This document shows positions 27,155-41,079 of a stretch of 64,000 bases of DNA, one piece after another. The DNA is from Eledone cirrhosa. Its lineage: Eukaryota. How positions within the stretch are numbered: the stretch's first letter is position 1; every line of letters begins with the position of its first letter. The notes under the pieces are model-generated. The model had not been told where the DNA came from and did no database searches. It was given only the letters and a program-made list of their open reading frames with translations. The stretch lies in the NCBI GenBank assembly GCA_964016885.1, contig OZ024748.1, positions 18,538,001 to 18,602,000 on the forward strand, written 5' to 3'. A program made the position numbers and the translations under genes.

Positions 27155-27975
27155 ATAATGATTTCTACTTCAGGGACAAGTCCAGAAATTGGGGAGGTGG
27201 AGACGGGGGAGTCGATTATATAGATCCCAGTTCTTTACTGGTACTTTATATCATCAGCCTCAGAAGGATGAAGGGCAAAATTGACCTCGGCAGAATATGA
27301 ACTCGGAACATAAAGAGCCGGCGTAAATACTAATACTGAAGTATTTCTCTGATGCTCTACCAACTCTGCCAAATGATAATTCTTCTTTTCCCTTCCTGAG
27401 AAGAGGGTCGTGTGTGGGCAGAGTCCTCAAACACTGCTTCCACTGGATTCTGTCAGAAGCAACTGTTTCCAAGCGAGATCAGCCAAGCCCATCAATGGCC
27501 ATGCTGGTGTAATCAATCTACCACTCTTATCCAGACAAATAACAATTGTTTCTTCTTTTGGCACAAGGCCCACATTTTGAAGGGAAGGAGAAATTCGATT
27601 AAATCGACCCCAGTTTGTAGCTGGTACTTTATTTTATCAACTCCGTAAGAATGATAGGAAAAGCTAACCTCGGCTGGATTTGAATGCAGAATGTAAAGGG
27701 CTGTAACTATATGTCACAATTGCATATTGCTGGATGCTCTACCGATTCTACAACCAATCCACTGCCTTTATCTTTGCCAGATCACAATAATAATAATTGT
27801 TTCTACTTTAGGCACAAGGCCAGCAATTACCCAGTGCGTTACTGGTACTTTATTTCATCGACCCCGTAAGGATGAAAGGCAAAGTCAACCTCGGCGGGAT
27901 TTGAACTCAGATCGTAAAGGGACGTAACTATGCTGGAAAGCATGGCGTCCGACCCTCTACCGATAATAATAATGA
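27155..27975 (-). mobile_element. Three family A SINEs of differing divergence plus a short RTE-like fragment (about 27380-27535)
   Basis: SINE bodies at about 27155, 27542 and 27790; minus frame LETVASDRIQWKQCL resembles the RTE AxDRxxW motif. Confidence 0.7.
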
Positions 27976-28635
27976 TTTCTTTATCTAACCACAAAAGTTT
28001 ATAAAAATATTGAGGATGATACTGGACAACACAGTATGTGGATTTACATGAAAACAAATAAAAAGGAAAATATAACAAAAATGATGAAATTTAAAACAAA
28101 GAAAACATTGGTCATCAGTTTCCAGCCAGCGCACGCACGCACACACACACACACACACACACACAAACATAACACGAGAAAATATTCTTCAAACTTTTGA
28201 AGGTTACTTCAGTTGTGTCAAAGACATGTCAACTTCTCTAGCACTGGTGACACAATAAAATGCACCGGTATCTTTACCACATATCCAAATTTGGTTGCGT
28301 GTGCATGTCCATGTTTTGAGACAACACAATTCAAATTTACATCAGGTTTAAATCTACCCAGTAAAAACTTCTGTTAAACTTAACAGAAGATATTTCATAA
28401 ATCAATGTTTGTGACAGTAAAATACATTTACAACTTTCTATAAAATGTCCTTAAAGATATATATATATAATCTTGCCTCAAGTGGGACAATTCCCGTCCA
28501 GACCCATGCTAGCGTGGAAAATGGACGTTAAACGATGATGATGATGATATATATTCCCTGTTGATGTCAATGTTCCACTTTTTTTGTCTACTTATTTGTA
28601 TTTAATTACCCCACCCCCACACCTTCATAACTTAC

Positions 28636-28756
28636 GACATCATCTTTAGAAAATGATGTCGATGAGATTGGATTTAGCAGGACATTAATCATAGCAACGT
28701 AACATGTAAGTCTTCGCAATTTTAAGACTTCCGTTAATTCCAATGTAGGCGACAGA
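28636..28756 (-). other. Candidate internal coding exon (LSPTLELTEVLKLRRLTCYVAMINVLLNPISSTSFSKDDV)
   Basis: Acceptor ctttgtgtaatatttag, donor GTC|gtaagt, one fully open frame, non-repetitive CpG-containing sequence. Confidence 0.25.
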
Positions 28757-28911
28757 CTAAATATTACACAAAGTACAGTAGACAGATTTTCTCTTCTTTT
28801 TCTTCTCTCTAAATATGGTGTGGTGACAAAGTGGTTAAAGTGATCAACTTACTGGCTTCTTCATAGAAACATTGGTCTCAAATTATATAATAAGATTGGC
28901 ATAATGCAGTG

Positions 28912-29435
28912 TTAAGGAAGTGTGGTGTTGTGTGGTGAAATGTATAATGTAGTGTTGGGGAAGTGTGGTGTACAATGGTGTGTTGGATATGTGTGTTGTG
29001 TGGTGAAATGTACAATTGAGCGTTGGGGAAGTGTGTTGTGTGGTGAAATGTACAATTGAGCGTTGGGGATGTGTGTTGTGTGGTGAAATGTACAATTGAG
29101 CGTTGGGGAAGTGTGTTGTGTGGTGAAATGTACAATTGAGCGTTGGGGATGTGTGTTGTGTGGTGAAATGTACAATTGAGCGTTGGGGAAGTGTGTTGTG
29201 TGGTGAAATGTACAATTGAGCGTTGGGGAAGTGTGTTGTGTGGTGAAATGTACAATTGAGCGTTGGGGAAGTGTGTTGTGTGGTGAAATGTACAATGGAG
29301 TGTTGGGGAAGTGTGGTATGGGAAAGTGTTGTGTGGTGAAATGTACAATTGAGTGTTGGGGACGTGTGTTGTGTGGTGAAATGTACAATGGAGTGTTGGG
29401 GAAGTGTGGTGTGGGAAAGTGTTGTGTGGTAAAAT
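28912..29435. repeat. 40-bp minisatellite (gtgtgttgtgtggtgaaatgtacaattgagcgttggggaa), about 12 units
   Basis: Period 40 (28991 to 29031). Confidence 0.95.
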
Positions 29436-30789
29436 ATGTACTGGAGTGTTGGAAAAGTGTCGTGTTATATGCAGTTATGACGAGTTGTGTAATGTACTGT
29501 GATGAAATACAAAGTAGAGTGGTGAGATGTGGTGTGGTATGATTAGTAAACTGTTATGTAACACAGTCTTGTATAGTTGTGTAAGAAAGTATAGTGTTGC
29601 GCACTGTTGTTTAATGTGGTTGTAGAGTCCTTGCAGTGAAATCTTGCTGCATCTTCTTTTCATGTTTTTCTAGCTAGTTTATCATTGAGAGAGCAAGAGA
29701 CTAAGAGTACATATGACTTTTATATGCTCTCTGAGACAGATGAGAGGGAGGGGAAAAAAGGAATCTTCAAATCAGATGTGACCTAAATGTTTGTAACATA
29801 GTGGAACTTAGCTAAATGTAAAGAAAGGCCAGTGAATGGTGTTAAACCAGATGACCAATGAAGACTGTCAGCAAAGCAGGCCATTGGCAGAATTTGATCC
29901 CAGAGAACCCTAAGAGCAAGAACAAACATAAAGCATCTTGTCCAATACTGTTATGAACTCCTGCCAGTCCAGTCATCCCGTTAAGTAAAGGTTGGGGGGT
30001 TGAAGGACATCTGGCAATAGAAACACGGCCTCAAAAAGTCTAATTCAACCCATGCTAGTATAGATAAACATAATGATAAAGATGGTAGAAAAAAAAAAGA
30101 TAAAAATATGGAATAATTCACAGGATATACAAATGTAAAATTAAGAAACATGGAAGTCCTGTAGGGCAAGGAAAAGAATGTATTAAAGATGGCACATCAA
30201 GTGATGAGACGAATAATTAGACTGGTTTCTTAAATAGGCAGCATAACAGGTGTGTGGGGTGTGTGTGGGGAATGAGGCAGCATAACAGGTGTGTGGGGTG
30301 TGTGTGGGGAATGAGGCAGCATAAAGCCTCCTCCCTTTCTCCAAATGTAATCCTCATCATCATCTTAAATTGAATGGTACCAATTGGGAACTAAAACTGG
30401 GTTAATTAGAAGATTTGCTGAGGGCTTACTGTTGCTGGAACATTACATGTTTAGAATGATTATGATGATAATGATTTTCATTTTGTACTTCACCACGACA
30501 GAAAAGTGAAAAAATGAAATGTGTGGCTTAGTGGTTAGGGTGTTGGACTCAATCAGGGTTTCAACTCCTAGACTAGGTTGTGTGTTATGTTCTTGAACAA
30601 GATGCCTCATTTCATGTTGCCTTTCATGATAAAACTGGGACTTCCTATCATTAAAAAAACCCCGAGAAACCACTGAGATACAACTTCATAGCAGGCCAGC
30701 TAAACCGGAGATTGAATGAGGTTCATGCCTTTCCCAAATGAATTAACAAGAAAAAGAACTAATGTGAAAAGGAGATTGTGTACACAAGT

Positions 30790-31002
30790 TTAACCCTTTA
30801 GCATTTAAACCGACAATATCTGGACAGAATTCTCTCACTTTTTTCTGTTCAAACTAGTCGTAACCAGCTGTTCATAGTGATGTTAAGGTATTGTTCTCAA
30901 AATAAATATCAAAATCTCGTAGATTCGATATTATATGAGATGAAGTGTTTACCATGAAAATACAATAGTAAATAAAAAGTAATGTAAATGCTAAAGGGCT
31001 AA
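30790..31002 (+). mobile_element. piggyBac-like TTAA MITE, family 1
   Basis: TTAA-CCCTTTAGCATTT...AAATGCTAAAGGG-CTAA. Confidence 0.82.
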
Positions 31003-34000
31003 TTAATTTTATTTCATAATTAGTGAACAACAGTGTAATTCATTACAGGTGTTTCAAAAGACCAATCATTGTATATAGGCCGTGGAGGGGGGGGGGGGGC
31101 ACTACTGAGTGGACGAGGCTCATGGCTTAGTGATAAATGCTGTAAGATCATAAGTTTAATTTTTTTGATCTGATGGTGCAATGTGTCCTTGAGTAAGACA
31201 CTTTATTTTACATTGCTAAAGTCTAACATTCAGCTGGAAAAAATTAGTCATAACAACACTGGTAGGAATCTTTATCAGTGGCATATAAAGGGAGTGGGAC
31301 TAGTATCCATGGGCAACTGCTAATTGTTCTAGAAAACACCTTACACAGGCTTATACCTTGGAGAGGATCTTTCCAGGTGCAAACACATGTTCAGTAATGA
31401 CTGAAAGAAGTATTAACTTATATCCATTGTTGATTTAAATCAGTATAAGATATATAAACAAGGGCAGTGCCCCAGCATGGCCTCAGCCGGATGGCTGAAA
31501 CAGGTAAAAGAGTAAATAGTGCTTTATGAATGTCTTTCAAAAGACATTGTGAAGGTGTATAGCTCGGTGGTTAGGATATTGAACTCATGACTATAAATAA
31601 AGATGAGGGTTTGATTGAATCCTGGATCGAGTAGTGTTCTTGAGCAAGCTGCTTCATTTCATGTTACTATTCATGATAAAACCCAACAAATCACATAGGA
31701 GGCCAGCTGAACCTACATAGATGTGAACTGTCATTTCATGATAGGACTGGGGCCGCTAAACCTACATAGGTGTGAACTGTTTTTTCATGATGGGACTGGG
31801 GCCTCTACCCTTAAAACATCCAAGAAAATTCATATGATATACAACCTTGTAGGAGGCCAGCTAAACCTACATAGGTGTAAGCTGTCTTCTTTTCATGATA
31901 GAACTGGGGCCTCTATCTTTAAAACATCTGAGAAACTTCATATGATATACAAATTTGTAGGAGGCCAGCTAAACCTACATGTGTGAACTGTAACAACAAA
32001 GCTGAAAAGAAGACATTAGCTTGCTTTGCACAGTGCATAAGCACTGCTGTGCACTATTAAGGAAGCTCTTTCTTGTTCTTCTTAGTTAATTTTCCCCCAA
32101 ACAATACATTCCAACAGTTAGGTAATGTGCTATGTGAGTGATAAATGTTGGTCTCTATAATTACATAGTTGTGCTCTGTTACCTCGTTTCGTTAATTGTT
32201 GTGTTGATTGCCTCTTTACAAAGCTATCACATCCAGGAAATGTCTCTGTACAATAAGTAAAGTATCGAATCTACTCTATCTTTTGTCTTCTGTAATATTT
32301 ATGTGAAATGAAATGTCCTTTATAGCTTGTACCCATGCAAGTTTAGCTAGCCTCATATGAGATTTCTTTGTGTGTCTTGTTCAAGAACACAACACATAGC
32401 TTGGTCTAAGAAGGGACCCACAACCGTAGGATCATGAGTCCAACACCTTAACAACATGGGCCACAATGTTTAAGTGGGAAAGTAATTTTACGTAATATTT
32501 ATATTACTGTTTAAAGTGATAAATTAGTTAAGAGGACCCTTTAGTCTAGCTAAGTACATGCTGGTGCCATCATAAAATGCTCTTAGTATACTCTGTAAAG
32601 TGGTTGGTGTTCAGAAGGGCACCCAGCTGTTGAAACCATGCAAACATGTAAAAAAAAAAGGAATGTACAAGCACGACATTGTCTTGTGACCCCTCAAAGA
32701 GAGAACTCTGAATAAGAACTGACTCAGACCGTGACAGCCTACTATGATAAATATAAGGAATCTATCTTTATAAAATACCTAATGAACCCCCTACAAGATT
32801 CAATCTCACAGGATGCTGGCTAATTCTATGCAGGTTGAGCCATAACAACATGATAACCTATCCAACCCATAACAACAACAATTTGGAAAACATTTAAAAA
32901 ATGATGATGATAATGTTTTCCGTATTAAGAAAAGAAAGGAAAAAAGACAAGAGGAAAAGAACTAAAGTTTACCTTTTCCCACACCCACCCCAAATAACCC
33001 TGCCTTTTATAAATGACGTCTCTTGAAAGAAGTGTTTCAGTTTTGTCCTCATTTAACATTTTTCCCTGTTAGCAAGAGTTGGACAGCTCTTCACAGACTG
33101 AGTCAGTACTTAAGCAGAACTACTACAACTAGCCTTACAGATGGGCTGTAAGCTTGTATCTCACTCCTATATAATTCCACACTCTAACGAGTGCATTTTA
33201 TTGTGATACTAACACTAGGGAGGTTGGTATGTCTTTGACACAGTGGAAGGGTCCACCTGACCTTTTGTTCGGAAGGTTTTCTACAGCTGGATGCTCTACC
33301 TATCAACAACCACTTTACACAGTGTTTATCATGTAGATCACCAACAATAGGGTGATTGTCATGTTGAAGGATCCTCTCAGCCTTGTTTTCTATCAGAAGT
33401 TTCAGATGTAAACCCCCCCCGTAGAAGTCATTGGGGTGCCATATTGACATGGCATTTCTAGGGCATATTTTAAATGCCATTCATCCATTATTTGACCTCG
33501 AATGGATGAAAGGTTAAGTTGACCTCGATAGGATATGAATTCAGAGAGCAGAGAACCGAAACGAATACCACAAAGTATTCTACTGACATTCTAACAACTC
33601 TGCCAATTTGCCACCTTAGATTAAATCAACATTTCTCCACACACTACACAGCTTTGTTCTTATGTTTTCCTCCCAGTAAATACAGCAGGTTGGAATATTT
33701 CTCACATAACATTTTATAATCAACTTTCCAATTATATTTAAATTTATTCATGAATGTTAGGTTCAGTTGAACTTGCTGAGTAAGTACAACTTTGAAAGGT
33801 TTACAAATGACAGAAAGTACTCAACAGTTGATTTATGTGTGTGTGTGTGTGTGTGTGTTGAACCATGAAAACAAAAGGCAAAGGTTGATGATTAATCTGT
33901 TCATTGTTTTACGATCGTTTCAGAAGGTAGATTGATCATGGTAAATCAATATAGTGACTAAGAGATAGTGGTTAGAATCCACAGCAGAATCTTATATGAT

Positions 34001-34817
34001 GAAAGCCTACTACAAAAGCAATAACTCTTGTCATCTGATCTTGTTGCAATTATTTCTTCAAGACTTCACAGAGTTCTAACAATGTTATTGGTCCTTACAT
34101 AAAGAGGTAGATACCTGTGTGTGTATGTATGTATGTATGTATGTATGTATGTATAAAATATCATAAAGAGACCACTCTGATGCAAAGAACTCATTTCTCA
34201 CATCACTAAGTGTATAGGGGATACCTCAAATATATATGATGGGCTTTATACCTTTCTGCCTACCAAATTACATCACAAGATATTGGTTGGCTCTGAAGGT
34301 TATGGTTGAAGATACTTGCTCAAGGATAGAATTGATAGAATTGAAGACTGTGTGGTTGTGATGAGAACTTCTTAACCTCACAGCCATGTCAGTGTCACTG
34401 GAGTGCACACACATATTTATTACATAATTAATAACGCTGACAACGAATGTTTATTATGCAAATTAGACTGACCACATCAGTTGAGTCCTAGTTTGTGTTT
34501 GATACAAATTGATTGACTATAATTATCTTTATGAACAATAGGATAAGGATACTTATCTCTGATGAACACCCAACTAGCAATGAAACATATAAAAGCAATT
34601 TCTTATGTTTTTCCCATTCCTTTAATTTATCACTGCAAGGCTTATAAATGAATTAAATTTATCTTAGAATAAATAAATATTTATACAAAATAGCACATAT
34701 ATTGGAAAATGTTAGATAAATATATATACACACATACATACATACACACACATACACATATATATATATAAATACATTATATATATATATATATATATAA
34801 ACACACACACATACATA

Positions 34818-35137
34818 GACAAGTTGAGAAGGAAACTGGGTATAAGAGGGATAAATTGTTTTGTGCAGGAGAGAAGGCTGAGATGGTATGGACATATGAT
34901 GCGCATGGAGGATGACCGCTGGGTAAAGAAGTGCCAATAAATCCCAGTAGAAGGAATACGCAGTAGAGGTAGACCACGAAAAACATAGGCGGAGGTGGTG
35001 AGAGCAGACCTCAGATCGCTGAAACTCACCGAGGAGATGACGAAGGACCATGACAAGTAGAGAGATGCTGTGCTGAATAGGACCCGTCCAACCCTTGCAA
35101 GCAGGGAAAAGCGGATGTAAAATGATGATGATGATGA
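34818..35137 (+). mobile_element. RTE-clade LINE 3' end with (GAT)n tail
   Basis: DKLRRKLGIRGINCFVQERRLRWYGHMMRMEDDRWVKKC*..GRPRKT*AEVVRADL; in-frame stops; tail aaatgatgatgatg. Confidence 0.9.
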
Positions 35138-35659
35138 TATATATATGATGGGAAAACAGACATTAAAAAAATGGTGCACATACATATATATGATATTGAT
35201 GATAATATATATATGTATATTTACATACGTCCATGTATATATTGCTAGAATTAATTGCGTTTTTTTGTAGGAATGGTCTGTTTTGGTTAATAATTTCCAT
35301 ATATTTTTGTTACTAATGCCTATAATTCTCTATTTTGGTTACTAATACCTATAATTCTCTATTTTGGTTACTAATGTCTACATGACTATATTTCAGTTAA
35401 TAAAGAAACATATATTTCAGTTACCAATGTCTACAAGATGGTATTTTAGTTAGCACTGTCTCTAATTCTTGGTAATAATTTATGAACACTGAACACCTGT
35501 ACAAGAGAATTAGAGAATTGCAAATGTAGATTCCAAAACAGTGCCTTATATATTCTATCTCTATACCTGCTTCCCTTCACCTATTAGCAAGTACACAAGA
35601 ACGGCAGCAACAACAACATTAGTAGTAAGCACAGCAGCAGTAAATATGGACTGCAATAA

Positions 35660-36560
35660 CAGCAGCAGCAGTAACACTAGATATAACATATCACTACATC
35701 AGCAGCAGCAGTAATCTTATATATCACTAACTATACAACCAACAGCAGCAGTAACACTAGATATAACATATCACTACAGCAGCAGCAGCAGCAGTAATCT
35801 TATATATCACTAACTATACAACCAACAGCAGCAGTAACACTAGATATAACAACATATCACTACATCATCATCAGCAGTAACACTAGATATAACATATCAC
35901 TACAGCAGCAGCAGCAGTAATCTTATATATCACTAACTATACAACCAACAGCAGCAGTAACACTAGATATAACATATCACTACAGCAGCAGCAGCAGCAG
36001 TAATCTTATATATCACTAACTATACGACCAACAGCAGCAGTAACACTAGATATAACATATCACTACAGCAGCAGCAGCAGCAGCAGTAATCTTATATATC
36101 ACTAACTATACAACCAACAGCAGCAGTAACACTAGATATAACAACATATCACTACATCATCATCAGCAGTAACACTAGATATAACATATCACTACAGCAG
36201 CAGCAGCAGTAATCTTATATATCACTAACTATACAACCAACAGCAGCAGTAACACTAGATATAACATATCACTACAGCAGCAGCAGCAGCAGCAGTAATC
36301 TTATATATCACTAACTATACGACCAACAGCAGCAGTAACACTAGATATAACATATCACTACAGCAGCAGCAGCAGTAATCTTATATATCACTAACTATAC
36401 AACCAACAGCAGCAGTAACACTAGATATAACATATCACTACAGCAGCAGCAGCAGCAGTAATCTTATATATCACTAACTATACGACCAACAGCAGCAGTA
36501 ACACTAGATATAACATATCACTACATCAGCAGCAACAGTAACATTACATATAACTAATAC
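35660..36560. repeat. Compound ~80-bp satellite of two alternating subunits joined by variable (CAG)n
   Basis: cagcagtaacactagatataacatatcacta(cag)n alternates with taatcttatatatcactaactatacaaccaa. Confidence 0.92.
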
Positions 36561-37059
36561 CATCAACAGCAGCAGTAACAATAAAAATTATAGTTGCAGC
36601 AGTGAAATGAACAGCAGCAGTGGGAAGGGGGGGGGGGGGTAATCAGCAACAGGAACAACAGTAACAACATCAGCAGCAGCAGTAAGGTTCTATATCACGA
36701 ACTGCAACAACAACAACAACAGCAGTAACAGGGAGAAGGGGATGGCAATATAAACAACAATATCAGCAACAGGTACAGTATGTATACTGCAGCAACAGTA
36801 ACAATATCAGCAACAACAGCAGCAGCAGTAACATTATATACAATGAACTACAGCAGCAGCAGTGAGGGAGTAGCAATATAAACACCAGCAACAATGTGTG
36901 TGTGTGTGTATCCGAGGTTCAATCAGGGGTAACTACTGTAAGTAAGGTACTCAATACATAGCAGAGTATAAATATGAATGAAATAGTTCTAGTCCTGTAG
37001 AAGCCATTTTTCTATATATATTATATTATATATATAATTACAACAGCCACATCATCAGG

Positions 37060-37139
<80 letters not shown>

Positions 37140-37359
37140 TAAATAACAGATTAAAGTTTAAGCAAAGAATCGCTGCCTTCACCCTTAACTGGATCTTCTG
37201 AAACTAAAAAAAATCAATCTGTGAACGCAGAAGTAAATATTTCAAAACACGTTGCAACCGAAGGAAGACAGGAAGACGATACTTTGGTTCTTATATATTT
37301 GATATATATTTATCCTTATCAAGCCCTCTTTAGATTTTAGTCTTCAAATTTATTATTAT

Positions 37360-37390
<31 letters not shown>

Positions 37391-37409
37391 ACTACAACAG
37401 CATCAGGAA

Positions 37410-37440
<31 letters not shown>

Positions 37441-37765
37441 CTAGACCACATATGACCCATTAGGTCATGTTCACTTAAAAATAATTCTTAAACAATTTAA
37501 ATATATACAGACATGTACTGGATATAATGTAAAATGAAATTTACAATCTATTCTCTCACAACCACTATCTCTTTCTCTCTATTTATGAAGGTACCCGGAA
37601 AAACCCTGTATCTTGGGATCCTGTGCTCCGATTTACACGAAACTTGTTTTATTCCATTTGTCTTCCCATTTCAGGAGCAACTTCCTTTCAAAGCATTTCC
37701 CCATTATGTGCCGTTTTGGCTGTATTAAATTACAGACAAGCACACAATCACAGAAGAAAACAACT

Positions 37766-38135
37766 TTAACCCTTTAGTATTTAAACTGTCCGTATCTGGC
37801 CAGAATTCTCTCCCTCTTTCTGTTTAAACTGGCTGTAACCAGCCACTCGTAGTGATGTTAAGGTATTGTTCTCAAAATAAATATCAAAATCTCCTTGTTT
37901 TTACTTTTGGCACAAGGCCAGCAATTACCCCAATGCATTACTGGTGCTTTATTTTATCGAATCCATAAGGATGAAAGGCAAAGTTAACTTCAGCGGGATT
38001 TGAACTCATGGCGCAAAGGGCCATAACTCCAAGCTGCAAATCATGGTGTCTACTGATACTGCATATAATGTGAAATAGTTATGTGAGGTAAAGCCTTTAC
38101 CATGAAAATACAATAGTATATATAATGTAAATGCT
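37766..38135 (+). mobile_element. piggyBac-like MITE family 1 interrupted by a family A SINE (about 37894-38062, minus strand)
   Basis: MITE sequence breaks after aaatatcaaaatctc and resumes at atataatgtgaaatagttatgtgagg. Confidence 0.8.
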
Positions 38136-38680
38136 ATATGTGACCATATTTTTTATAAAAGGCACTAACTATAAATGTAAGCATGCTAGGGCGAGAAATA
38201 AAATTTTAATTTTACACTAACTACAATTTTTCAGATAATTTTGAAAATAATCAAGAATTTGGAGGGATTTAGTAAAATAACTTTTTTTTTCATTATTAAG
38301 CTGGTGTTTGGAACATAAGATAACAAAGGTTCTTAAATAAAATTATAATGGAAGGTTTTTAAATAATAAACACTTTAAAACAAACAGCTTTGTATAAGAT
38401 CCATGGGCAGTCTCAGGTGGTTGTGGCTTTGTACCAAAAGGGTTAAATATTAAATTTTTTATTTCTCCATAAAATAGGTTGGAACTAAATCATTAGTTAT
38501 ATATATTTTTTTTCGTTTGAATTCTTAAGATGAAGAATTTAAGATGAATTGTCACCATCATCATCATCATCATCATCACTATCGTCATCATACATCAATT
38601 TATTCAGACAAGTGTTCTCCTCTTCACTGTTATAGTCCTGTACTGGAGTGATTCTTTCTCTGTATCTCTTTCTCACACAG

Positions 38681-38830
38681 TCTCATTCCTTCCCTGGAAG
38701 AAATCGGTTGTATTCAAGACATGGAGAGGGGATGGGCTCCACTATGTTTAAAATACACAAGACACTGTCCACATGTTACAATGACGCCCCTACAACCACA
38801 TCCGGAGTTATGGCTCCACATATACAGTAA
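38681..38830 (+). other. Candidate exon after a very strong splice acceptor
   Basis: ttctttctctgtatctctttctcacacag|TCTC; two frames open for at least 49 codons; non-repetitive; no recognisable homology. Confidence 0.2.
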
Positions 38831-39005
38831 TATAATTAATTTCTTGTTATTTGTCTGGTTTTTAGAGAACAGTTTAACAAAGGTTTTTTAAATAAAAAAT
38901 TGTATTGTACCATCAGGAGCAGCTTCAGTCAGTTTCGTACCAAACGGATTAGAACTATTTAGCAGTAAGAACACATGCATAAGTTACTCCAAGTACTGCA
39001 ATTCT

Positions 39006-39654
39006 TTAACCTTTTCTGAGCCGATGGGGTCCTTTTGGACCCTGGAAAGTGTTTAAAATTATGTAATTTTTTAATTTAAAGACTTTATTATATCTCCTGC
39101 CGTTTATTGTCAATAGTTTATATATGTACATACAAATTCTGAGCTAAAATTTTCTTGTCTTATGGATGTAATAGCATAAAACTGTTTGTTTGGGGAACTG
39201 GACATCATCGGCTTTTTGTGACACTCATTTTCTTTATTTTTTCCACATATTCTGATAAAATTCGTTTTATCTATTTGTTTGTAATGATTGTGTCCCACGC
39301 TCTGATGTACTATAAGTCAAATTTCTTCGTATTTGTACTGATATGTATTAATAATTTTGGTATATTTTGTATTTAGTTTCATATGTATGATAAATTTAAC
39401 TATAACAAATGTTTCTTTCATTCAATAACATTTTCCCAGTCAATAAATTTTATTTTATTTCACCTCCATTGTAACGCTAATAATTACAAATATATACTGA
39501 GTTTCATGCTATAGATCCTGTAACACATACATATATATGGTTTAACAAGTATTACTTCATGCATTGCCTGGAAATCCACCTAAATAAAAGGAGTCCCTCG
39601 AGACTCCAATGGCCTTTTGTCTAATTCCAACACTGTTGGCCCACAAAGAGTTAA
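39006..39654. mobile_element. Possible larger TTAA-flanked (piggyBac-like) non-autonomous element
   Basis: TTAAccttttctgagcc...ggcccacaaagagTTAA imperfect TIRs; subterminal palindromes gggtcc..ggaccc and ggagtc..gactcc. Confidence 0.45.
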
Positions 39655-40029
39655 CTTGACACAAACCACATAGAAACCTGTCTTCAACAAAATAAGCTAC
39701 ATGTAGTATCTACCCAACACTTTCTCGTGTGTTACCATCTCAATATTAAAGTACATCATATATTTCCAACCATCACAATCAACATACATAACACACACAA
39801 CCAACTCTCTTGTTACCATCAACAAACATTAAAGTACATCATATAGAACGAACAATCTTACATACACACATAGTAACAGCAACCATTTTCCTCTTACCAT
39901 CAACACTTAAGTACCATCACACTCACACAGAGAAGACAAAATTACATACATACCACACACACAAAGACAAAATTACATACATACCACACACACAAAGACA
40001 AAATTACATACATACCACAGACACAAAGA

Positions 40030-40345
40030 AGACACAAGCAGCCATATCCTTTACATGTTAAATCAACCTGCAGGTCAAGGCCCTTATGAGCACACCATTT
40101 GAGCTGTTCATGATCAACACAGTTTCTTTGAAATTCTCCCCTCCCATCATGCACTGCCTTCCTCCAGGAAAGTCGATCTAGAACAAGGTTTTCCCAGTCA
40201 TTCTCTGATATTTTCATCTCCCCCAATGTGCTTTTAATGCAATCCCAGTACCTCAGTTTTGGTTTGTGCATTGGATGTTTACCTTCGACCAGTTCACCAT
40301 ACAGGAACTGCCTAGGAATGTGACCATCATCCATTCTCACTCCAT
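40030..40345 (-). mobile_element. RTE/BovB-like LINE ORF C-terminal fragment
   Basis: RMDDGHIPRQFLYGELVEGKHPMHKPKLRYWDCIKSTL...WENLVLDRLSWRKAV. Confidence 0.9.
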
Positions 40346-40359
40346 AGATATGTATATAC

Positions 40360-40419
<60 letters not shown>

Positions 40420-40422
40420 GTG

Positions 40423-40695
40423 AAGGCGTGTGGCTTTGTGGTTAGGGTATTCGGCTCACAAGCATATGGTTGTGAGTTTGATTTCTGGCAGCGCGTTGTG
40501 TCCTTGAGCAAGACGCTTTCATTTCAAGTTGGCAAAAATCAGTTGTACCTGTTATTCAAAGGGCCAGCCATGTCACATTCTGTGTCACGCTGAATCTCCC
40601 TGAGAATTATGTTAAGAGTATGTTAACTTCACAAGCAGGCTGTTCCATTGATCGGATCAACTAGAACACTTGTTGTAACCGACTAAGTACCAGTT
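40423..40695 (+). mobile_element. CORE-like tRNA SINE (family B)
   Basis: ggcgtgtggctttgtggttaggg head, gagtttgatttc B-box-like motif, gtgtccttgagcaagacgctt core. Confidence 0.75.
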
Positions 40696-40730
40696 ATATA
40701 TAAATATATACATGTATACACACACACATG

Positions 40731-40770
<40 letters not shown>

Positions 40771-41040
40771 TATATATATTTATACATGCGTTATGTCCTT
40801 GAGCAAGACACTTTATTTCACGTTGCTCCTTCTACCTGGAGTTGCGACCGATAGATAGTATTAGCAATTGGAAAGACCAACGGACACATTGTTCCCTCGG
40901 TCCGATTTGACAAAAAGTCGATCGTAAAAAAAAATATTTATACACACACACACATACATATATCTGGAACTAGCTGTTGAAATAGCAAGTATCGAGAACT
41001 GTGTTGAATAATGGTCTAACTAGTTTAATTCTGGTTTAAT

Positions 41041-41079
<39 letters not shown>

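Noticed and set aside
37590-37720. Minus-strand exon candidate
   Set aside because: All frames contain stops; it resembles a DNA-transposon internal fragment
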